Shown: in pieces, positions 57,702-64,000 of the stretch
Layout: the number at the start of each line of letters is the position of its first letter
How positions within the stretch are numbered: the first letter of the stretch is position 1
Source of the DNA: an uncultured Actinomycetes bacterium
GTDB taxonomy: Bacteria > Actinomycetota > Thermoleophilia > RBG-16-64-13
NCBI GenBank assembly: GCA_903873715.1
Contig: CAIQPS010000094.1
Location: 40-64,039 of the forward strand
Reading direction: 5' to 3'
Length of the DNA stretch: 64,000 nucleotides
Made by a program: the position numbers and the translations under genes
Notes under the pieces: model-generated
The model's database searches: none
What the model saw: the letters and a program-made list of their open reading frames with translations, nothing else
What the model was told of the DNA's origin: nothing

Positions 57702-57833
57702 ACGGCGGCCGTATTCGTCTCCTCCTTTTGAGCGCCCCGCCTATGTGGAGGCGGCGTGTGCTCTCAGTCAGACCCCTCGCCGCCCGTCCCCTTCCGGCGA
57801 GGGGTCTTCTCCTTCCACGAGAAAGGCGCGACG

Positions 57834-58535
57834 GTGAAACGACCCAGATTGATCGATCTCAGCCAGGAGATCTTCGAAGGCGCCCCGGTGTTCTCCGGCC
57901 ACCCAGAGACCAAGATACGGGTGGCGGATACCTTCGAGCAGACGCGGCTGCGCTATGAAGAAGGCTACGGGTATGTCACCGAGACCATCGACATGAGTAC
58001 CCACGGAACCACTCACGTCGACTCGATAAGTCACATCGATCCGTCCCCGGGCGCCTCCACGATAGACCGGATCCCGCTTGAATGGTTCTACACGGAGGCC
58101 GTCTGCCTCGACATCTCCGGCTCTCCCGCTCGGACCTACTTCACCGTGCCCATGATAGAAGCAGCTCTGCTCAAGGATGATCTCGACATCCGCCCGGGGG
58201 ACACGGTGCTGATCAATTCGGGGCATTACGAACGGCGCTGGGGCACGCCCGCGTGGCTCACCGATTATCCGGGGCTCACCCGAGAAGCTGCCGAGTTCAT
58301 CTTCGGCAAGGGCGCGGTGAACATCGGCCAAGATGCTCCGAGCATAGACTGCGTTCTCACCAGGAGCTTTCCGGCGCATCAGGTCTGCCGCGAGATGCAA
58401 AGGATCAACACTGAGAATCTCGCCGATCTGAGGCCGATCACCGGCCGCCGGTTCATATTCTGCGCGTTCCCGCTCAAGATCCGCGGCGGCAGCGGGTCAC
58501 CCGTGCGCGCGGTGGCCTTCATCGAGGAAGAGTAG
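57834..58535 (+). CDS. Cyclase family metal hydrolase (kynurenine formamidase/isatin hydrolase-like)
   Basis: IDLS, HGTTHVDS..H, GQDAPSID, ENL, PLKI.GGSGSPVRAVA. Confidence 0.9.
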   Translation: MKRPRLIDLSQEIFEGAPVFSGHPETKIRVADTFEQTRLRYEEGYGYVTETIDMSTHGTTHVDSISHIDPSPGASTIDRIPLEWFYTEAVCLDISGSPARTYFTVPMIEAALLKDDLDIRPGDTVLINSGHYERRWGTPAWLTDYPGLTREAAEFIFGKGAVNIGQDAPSIDCVLTRSFPAHQVCREMQRINTENLADLRPITGRRFIFCAFPLKIRGGSGSPVRAVAFIEEE

Positions 58536-58558
58536 ACCCCCTCACCAAGGAGCAGCCG

Positions 58559-59638
58559 ATGGCTGGACCGGGCACAGAAATGAAAGCTGTCGTGTTGGAT
58601 GGACCAGGGAGCTTCCAGGCGCGCCCGCTCCCCATCCCGGAGCCGCGCGGCGACGAAGTGCTTTGCCGGGTGATGTCGGTCGCGATCTGTGGCTCCGACC
58701 CGAAGATCGTCAAAGGAGCCACCCGGCCTACATGGCCGCCGTCCTACCCGTTCGTCATCGGACACGAGTGGGCCGGCGAGGTGGTCGGTGGCTCGGCCGA
58801 TCTCGCTGCCAGTCAGGCCGCGAAGTTCCGCCCCGGGACGAGGGTGGCCGGCGAGGCGCATAAGGGCTGCGGGTCCTGCGAGAACTGCCTGCGGGGTAGA
58901 TACAACCTTTGCCTCGACTATGGGAATGAGGCGGCCGGGCACAGGCACTACGGATTCACGTCTCAGGGCGCGTACGCGGAATACATCGCGGTCTCCATCC
59001 AAGCTCTCCATCTCCTTCCTGACGCGATCTCTTTCGACCAGGCCGCGATGCTCGACACTGCAGGGGTGGCGGTGCATGCGGTCCAGCGGGGCCGCATCGG
59101 CATCGGGGACACCGTAGTGGTCGTCGGGGACGGGCCGATCGGGATCCTGACCATGCAGTACGCGCGCACTGCGGGAGCCGGCGAGGTCATCGTCGTCGGT
59201 TCCGGACCCCGGTTACAGATGGCCCGAGAACTGGGGGCTACCGGCGTCGATTTCACCGACGTCGGCGGGTCGATCGACCGAGTGGTCACACTCACCGGAG
59301 GCATGGGAGCCGACGTGGTGTTCGAGTGCGCGGGTATCCGCTCGTCCTGCGAGCAGTCGGTGATGATGGTGCGAAAGGGCGGCCGGCTGGTGATGGTTGG
59401 CAATCCTATCGAGCCAGCGACGATACCCTGGGGCAAGGTCAGCTTGGACGAGATCGAACTCATAGGCTGCCGGGCGAACCCGAATGTCTCCGACCGCGCG
59501 CTACGGCTGATCTCGACCGGGGTGATACGCGTGGAGGGCCTCATCACACACAACTTCCCTCTGGACGACTTCGGCGAGGCGTTGGCCACCTTTGTCGAGC
59601 AACGGGACGGGGCCATGAAGGTGGTAGTGAACCCATAG
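58559..59638 (+). CDS. Zn-dependent alcohol/polyol dehydrogenase
   Basis: AICGSD, GHEW, CGSCENCLRG..C, GDGPIG. Confidence 0.9.
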   Translation: MAGPGTEMKAVVLDGPGSFQARPLPIPEPRGDEVLCRVMSVAICGSDPKIVKGATRPTWPPSYPFVIGHEWAGEVVGGSADLAASQAAKFRPGTRVAGEAHKGCGSCENCLRGRYNLCLDYGNEAAGHRHYGFTSQGAYAEYIAVSIQALHLLPDAISFDQAAMLDTAGVAVHAVQRGRIGIGDTVVVVGDGPIGILTMQYARTAGAGEVIVVGSGPRLQMARELGATGVDFTDVGGSIDRVVTLTGGMGADVVFECAGIRSSCEQSVMMVRKGGRLVMVGNPIEPATIPWGKVSLDEIELIGCRANPNVSDRALRLISTGVIRVEGLITHNFPLDDFGEALATFVEQRDGAMKVVVNP

Positions 59639-59658
59639 CGCTCGAGGAGCGGATACCG

Positions 59659-60072
59659 ATGGGATCGAGTGCAGAGCGACTTGCGATCATGAACGCACTC
59701 AGCAGTTACGCGTGGGGCAACGACACGCGGGATCTCGCACTTCTGGCCGATTGCTTCACCGAGGATGCGATATGCAGCGGGTACGTGGAGGAGCAGTTGT
59801 GCTGGGGACCGATCGCTGGCCGTGACAACATCGTCAGAGAACTGTCCGCCCGCGTCCCGGCCGAAGGGATACGCCGCCACCACATCGGCAGTATCCGCTT
59901 CGTCAAGGTCGAGGATGGAGAGGCCCATGTGGTCTCCTACATGGTCGTCACGCACGCACAGGATGGGAAGGCGACGCTCGAGACGACCGGCTGGTACAAG
60001 GACACCCTCATAGGTGAAGGAGACAGTTGGCGCTTCAAGGAGAAGGAGTGGCACATCGACTGTGCCGTGTGA
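59659..60072 (+). CDS. NTF2/SnoaL-like protein (LinA/BaiE-type fold)
   Basis: YAWGND.RD..LADCFTEDA, RRHH, G.Y.D..WRF; GAGGAG RBS. Confidence 0.82.
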   Translation: MGSSAERLAIMNALSSYAWGNDTRDLALLADCFTEDAICSGYVEEQLCWGPIAGRDNIVRELSARVPAEGIRRHHIGSIRFVKVEDGEAHVVSYMVVTHAQDGKATLETTGWYKDTLIGEGDSWRFKEKEWHIDCAV

Positions 60073-60590
60073 CCCCGGCGGGAATCGGGAAGTCTTCAGC
60101 TCTCTGAACGCCGGGACCAGGGCCGAACGTCGACCAGAGGGCTTTTCCCATCCCGGAAGCAAATGGGATCGCTACCGCTGCGGCTGTCGCCTGCACCGGG
60201 TCGACGTCCGGGCGCGCCCGTCCCAGCCGTTGCTCGGCCGCGATGTATCTGGCCACCATGGCCACGGGCTCCGGCCGTTCGAAGCCTGCCTGCGCCTGGT
60301 AACCGGCATATCCGTGGAAGCTGCGGCCCGGTTCCGGATCGGCCCATATCGACGCCATCTTGGATGAGAGGCCGGACTGCATCTGCCCGATGAGCGTGAA
60401 GATGTGAGCCGGGTTGTCGCGGAGGGCCAGTTCGGCGCCGATATCCACCACGAGCGAGAAGAACACCCGGCGGAACAACTCGTACTTGTCCGCGAAATGG
60501 CGGTACATCGTGCCCTCGGACAGTCCCGCCCGGCGGGCTATCTCGCGGGTGGTGGCGCGGGCGAAGCCTCGCTCCGGTACTATTGAAGGC
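60035..60590 (-). pseudogene. TetR-family regulator remnant
   Basis: ERGFARATTREIARRAGLSEGTMYRHFADKYELF HTH present, but helix 1 and a plausible start are missing; 3' end runs into the SnoaL gene. Confidence 0.65.
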
Positions 60591-60622
60591 AGGCCGATTG
60601 GATCCCGTTCGAGGGAGGGGCT

Positions 60623-60919
60623 ATGCGTTACCCGTTCGGCGTCCTCTGGGTGGTGTTCGCAGTCCTCTGGATCGCCTCGTCCAGCACCCTCGGCCACATC
60701 TACGACTGGATCGTGGGGCTGCCGCTCGTCCTTGAGGTAATCTTCTGGATAGTGTTCCTGCCGTGGGTGGGGTCGCTGTACATCTGGCATTCCGACTTGT
60801 CTCTGTGGCTCAGGATCATCCTCATCGCCGTCGTCGCAGTGGCGACCACCGGGGGTGTGGGGGCCGGCCGGACCGCCAGGCGGCAGTGGCGCGACTACGC
60901 GCGGGGGACGCGAGTCTAG
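60623..60919 (+). CDS. Small membrane protein (about 3 TM)
   Basis: GGGAGG RBS; Trp/Leu-rich helices. Confidence 0.65.
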   Translation: MRYPFGVLWVVFAVLWIASSSTLGHIYDWIVGLPLVLEVIFWIVFLPWVGSLYIWHSDLSLWLRIILIAVVAVATTGGVGAGRTARRQWRDYARGTRV

Positions 60920-60981
60920 ATGGTCGCCGGGACGTTGCCCCGGCCGCCAGGTACCGACCACCTCCGACCAAGGAGACCGAC

Positions 60982-61764
60982 GTGTCCGAGCACAGGCTGG
61001 ACCCAGACAAGCTGCCCGATCATGCCGCAGCAAACCGCGACGCCTGGAACTCCGACTCGGACACCTACCAGGCCGACCATGGCCCTCAGCTGAAGGCGTC
61101 CGGGGGTATGGCGTGGGGTGTATGGCAGATTCCTGAGAAGAGCCTGCAGGTCCTCGGCGACGTCAAGGGCAAGGACATCCTGGAGTTCGGCTGCGGCGCC
61201 GCCCAGTGGTCCATCGCGCTGGCTCAGGCCGGGGCCCGGCCCGTCGCGCTCGATCTGTCCGAGAAGCAACTGGAGCATGCCCGCAAGCTGATGATCGACG
61301 CCGATGTCGACTTCCCCATCCTGCACGCGAGCGCCGAGATGGTGCCGCTCCCCGATGAAAGTTTCGACATCGTCTTCTGCGACTACGGCGCCATGACCTT
61401 CGCCGACCCGTACGCCACCGTGGCCGAAGCGGCCCGTCTGCTACGGCCGGGCGGCCTGCTCGCGTTCTGCGGAGCCACTCCCATCATCGAGATGTGCTAC
61501 GAGGAGGACAGCGAGCATCCGAGCGACCATCTCCGCGAGGACTACTTCGGCATGTGGTCGCTCCCGTGGGAGGGCTACGTGGAGTTCATGCTGCCCTACG
61601 GCGCCTGGATCCGCCTGTTCCGCGCCCACGGCTTCATGATCGACGACCTCATCGAGCTACGGCCCACTCCCGACGCCGTCAGCAGCTACCGCGACGACGT
61701 CGACCGGGAGTGGTACCGGCGTTGGCCGGGCGAGATGATCTGGAAGGTGCGCAAGGAGCACTAG
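60982..61764 (+). CDS. Class I SAM-dependent methyltransferase
   Basis: ILEFGCGAAQWS, FDIVFCDYGAM, LRPGG; AAGGAG RBS. Confidence 0.9.
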   Translation: MSEHRLDPDKLPDHAAANRDAWNSDSDTYQADHGPQLKASGGMAWGVWQIPEKSLQVLGDVKGKDILEFGCGAAQWSIALAQAGARPVALDLSEKQLEHARKLMIDADVDFPILHASAEMVPLPDESFDIVFCDYGAMTFADPYATVAEAARLLRPGGLLAFCGATPIIEMCYEEDSEHPSDHLREDYFGMWSLPWEGYVEFMLPYGAWIRLFRAHGFMIDDLIELRPTPDAVSSYRDDVDREWYRRWPGEMIWKVRKEH

Positions 61765-62999
61765 TCGCAGGCGGGGTGCTTGCCCTCCAGTTCCGCCACC
61801 AGTTCGTCGAGGAACAACCCCACGTCGGTGACGATGCCTATGGTCTGGAAGCTGCCCCTGTCGGCCAGCTTGGTAACCGCCGCGGGGTTGATGTCCACGC
61901 AGACCGTGTGCACTTCGGCGGCGAGCAGGTTGCCCGTGGCGATGGAGTGCAGCATGCTGCACAGCATCAGGCAGAGGCCCGCGTCGCGAACGTGCTCGCG
62001 CATGGACTGTTGGGCCACCATCGTGTCGGTGATGACGTCCGGCAGCGGGCCGTCGTCGCGGATGGAGCCCGCCAGCACGTAGGGGACGTCTTTCTTGACG
62101 ATGTCGTAGAAGAGGCCCTTGGTCAGCACCCCTTGCTCCACCGCCTGGCGGATGCCTCCGGCCCGGCGGATCTTGTTGATGGCGCGCAGATGATGTTCGT
62201 GCCCGCCCTCCACCGAGTCGCCCTTTTCGAGGTTGATCCCCAGCGAGGTGCCGAAGAAGGCCGATTCGATGTCGTGGGTGGCCACGGCGTTGCCGCCGAA
62301 CACCACGTCGATCCAGCCGGCCTTCACCAGCCGCGCGAACGCCGGCGCCGCGCCGGTGTGGATGATCGCCGGGCCGAGCACCGCCACGATGCGCTTGCCG
62401 GCCGCCCGGTTGTCGCGCATCAGCTTCGCCACCCGGTTGACCACCAGGCGCTTCGGTTTCTCCGAGGACACCTCGGAGTTCATGAACTCGAACGCTCCCG
62501 AGACCCGCTGGTCGCGCCCGAGCGGGATCACCCGGATGCCGCGATGCCCCACGACGATCGGGTCGCCGGCCTTGACCTGGATGAGCGGGATGGTGCGCGC
62601 GGTCCCGGCCGTCGAGTCGAGCAGCACTCCGCAGTCCATCTCCGACCACTGCACCGGGATCCAGCGCCCGTTGAAGCGGACGAACGTGTCCATGTTGGTG
62701 GTGGAGTAGAAGGCCTCGGGGAACACAGCGTCCGCCGGTGCAGGCTCGGTCTGCGCGTCGCCCTGCTCGAGCAGTTCGGCCCCCCTGCGCTGCACGGCTT
62801 TGAGGATCTCGTCGAGCCCGGCTTCATCCGCCGCGGTGACCCGCACGACGGCCAGCGACGGGTCGTCCTTCTCCACGCCTATCGTGAACTGCAGGATGCG
62901 GTATTCGCCGCCCCGCTCAAGGATGTCGTCGAGGACCCGCGGCAGCAGCAGCGAGTCGATGATCTGGCCTTCTAGTCTGATGTCCTCGTAGATGCTCAA
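61761..62999 (-). CDS. TIGR00300 family protein (LOR/SDH-like; ArgZ/AgrE C-terminal ornithine cyclodeaminase-like)
   Basis: LEGQIIDS, FYSTTN, EMDC, FEFMNSEVSSEKP, GNAVATHDIE, LAGSIRDDGPLPD, KLADRGS; TTGA-coupled start. Confidence 0.88.
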   Translation of the reverse strand: MSIYEDIRLEGQIIDSLLLPRVLDDILERGGEYRILQFTIGVEKDDPSLAVVRVTAADEAGLDEILKAVQRRGAELLEQGDAQTEPAPADAVFPEAFYSTTNMDTFVRFNGRWIPVQWSEMDCGVLLDSTAGTARTIPLIQVKAGDPIVVGHRGIRVIPLGRDQRVSGAFEFMNSEVSSEKPKRLVVNRVAKLMRDNRAAGKRIVAVLGPAIIHTGAAPAFARLVKAGWIDVVFGGNAVATHDIESAFFGTSLGINLEKGDSVEGGHEHHLRAINKIRRAGGIRQAVEQGVLTKGLFYDIVKKDVPYVLAGSIRDDGPLPDVITDTMVAQQSMREHVRDAGLCLMLCSMLHSIATGNLLAAEVHTVCVDINPAAVTKLADRGSFQTIGIVTDVGLFLDELVAELEGKHPACD

Positions 63000-63238
63000 C
63001 GGTAGTCCTGATGCTTTCCGTCGCACTGCGGCGCCTTGTCGCTCAACCCGCAGTTGCAGATGGACGTGGTGCCGCGTCCCTTCACCTCGAACGCCAACGG
63101 CTCGATGCCGGTGCCCTTGTGGGCGCCGTCACAGAACGGGACGTTGGCGGTCTTGCCGCATTGGCACCAGTGATAGGTACCCGGCTCCAGCCGGTGCATC
63201 GACGGGAACGTCTGGCCCTTCGCATTCTCGAACTTCAT
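62996..63238 (-). CDS. CDGSH iron-sulfur protein with two motifs (CISD3/MiNT-like)
   Basis: WCQCGKTANVPFCDGAH and ICNCGLSDKAPQCDGKH. Confidence 0.9.
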   Translation of the reverse strand: MKFENAKGQTFPSMHRLEPGTYHWCQCGKTANVPFCDGAHKGTGIEPLAFEVKGRGTTSICNCGLSDKAPQCDGKHQDYR

Positions 63239-63276
63239 AAAGGATCTCCCGGTGTGAGCGGCGCCGCCGCTTGGCT

Positions 63277-63852
63277 CTAGTACGCTTCTACCCAGAGCTC
63301 GTAGTAGGACTGGGCATGTTTGCAGGCCGGGCACACCTTGGGCGCCTCCGGGCCCTCGTGGATGTACCCGCAGTTGCGGCAATGCCACTTGACCGTGGTC
63401 TCGCGCTTGAACACCCTGCCGGCTTCGACGTTGGCGAGCAGCTTGCGGTAGCGCATCTCGTGCTGCTCTTCCACCTCGGCGATCTCGGTGAAGGATTCGG
63501 CCACCTTGTCGAAGCCCTCCTCCTTCGCGATGGCGGCGAAGCCTGGGTAGAGCGTGCCCCATTCCTCCAGTTCGCCGTCGGCGGCGAGGAGCAGGTTGGC
63601 GGCCGTGGATGCCGTCACGCCGGCGGGGTAGGTGGCGGTGATCTCCACCGGGCCGCCTTCGAGATGGTTGAAGAACACCTGGGCGTGTTCCTTCTCGTTG
63701 CCCGCCGTCTCCTCGAAGATGGCGGCTATCTGCTCGAAGCCCTCTTTGCGGGCTTTGCTGGCGAAGAAGGTGTAGCGGTTGCGTGCCTGGCTCTCCCCGG
63801 CGAACGCCTTCAGAAGGTTCTGTTCCGTCCTGGATCCCTTGATGCTGCCCAT
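63277..63852 (-). CDS. rbr: Rubrerythrin
   Basis: TEQNLLKAFAGESQARNRY, NEKEHA, WHCRNCGY..CPAC. Confidence 0.96.
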   Translation of the reverse strand: MGSIKGSRTEQNLLKAFAGESQARNRYTFFASKARKEGFEQIAAIFEETAGNEKEHAQVFFNHLEGGPVEITATYPAGVTASTAANLLLAADGELEEWGTLYPGFAAIAKEEGFDKVAESFTEIAEVEEQHEMRYRKLLANVEAGRVFKRETTVKWHCRNCGYIHEGPEAPKVCPACKHAQSYYELWVEAY

Positions 63853-63898
63853 GGCCTGAGTCTCCTTTCCCAAGCGAAGCCTACCCGGCGATGTGTCT

Positions 63899-63923
63899 GT
63901 GCATAAAAGGATGGCATATGCAC
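63899..63923. promoter_or_regulatory. Inverted repeat upstream of rubrerythrin (candidate operator)
   Basis: GTGCATA-N11-TATGCAC. Confidence 0.4.
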
Positions 63924-64000
63924 GGGAGGTTGTCACACCTTTTTGGGCTGCGCCGCCGGCCGGAGGCGCAGCCCGGGCGGACCGCTCGGCGGTCGTGAGC

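Noticed and set aside
40284-60600. Island as an active mobile element (ICE, prophage or transposon)
   Set aside because: No integrase, transposase, tRNA target or terminal repeats seen; reported only as a compositional and functional island

Overview
High-GC bacterial chromosome segment. Gene style (Tat lipoprotein SBPs with Thr/Ala linkers, many leaderless starts, rubrerythrin, Fe-S enzymes) suggests an anaerobic or microaerophilic actinobacterium, possibly Thermoleophilia-like; this is inference. About 60 CDS; no rRNA, tRNA, CRISPR, integrase or transposase recognised. Layout: (1) 1-4.2 kb, the tail of an operon with a 4Fe-4S protein, a MoaD/ThiS sulfur carrier and a TrsM-TrsS-DVU_1553-like methyltransferase / radical SAM / adenylating-enzyme trio of unknown product. 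(2) typA, then a TetR-controlled orphan SBP plus amidohydrolase with a visible operator pair. (3) 10-40 kb, mixed core genes: four MFS, two PLP aminotransferases, a secreted multidomain C1A peptidase, a Cys-rich-domain/deaminase fusion, trxB, glcDEF divergent from an alanine-glyoxylate aminotransferase, an rlmA-like gene, DAGK, GNAT, DD-carboxypeptidase, cyclophilin and a beta-helix lipoprotein. Many of these carry in-frame Ala/Gly/Pro loop insertions. (4) About 40.3-60.1 kb, a visibly less GC-rich catabolic island: sugar-type ABC importer, 4 Zn-ADHs, 2 SDRs, a beta-hydroxyacid dehydrogenase, an OYE-type flavin/Fe-S reductase, VOC, cupin, cyclase, SnoaL, EamA and an XRE-cupin regulator, but no kinase or aldolase. 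Two of its promoters share an identically spaced three-block motif, and a decayed TetR marks the right edge. (5) A rubrerythrin-CDGSH-TIGR00300 operon. Best candidates for an undescribed system are the non-phosphorylative redox island and the Trs-type cofactor-maturation module. All family assignments are from motif recognition by eye, not database searches.
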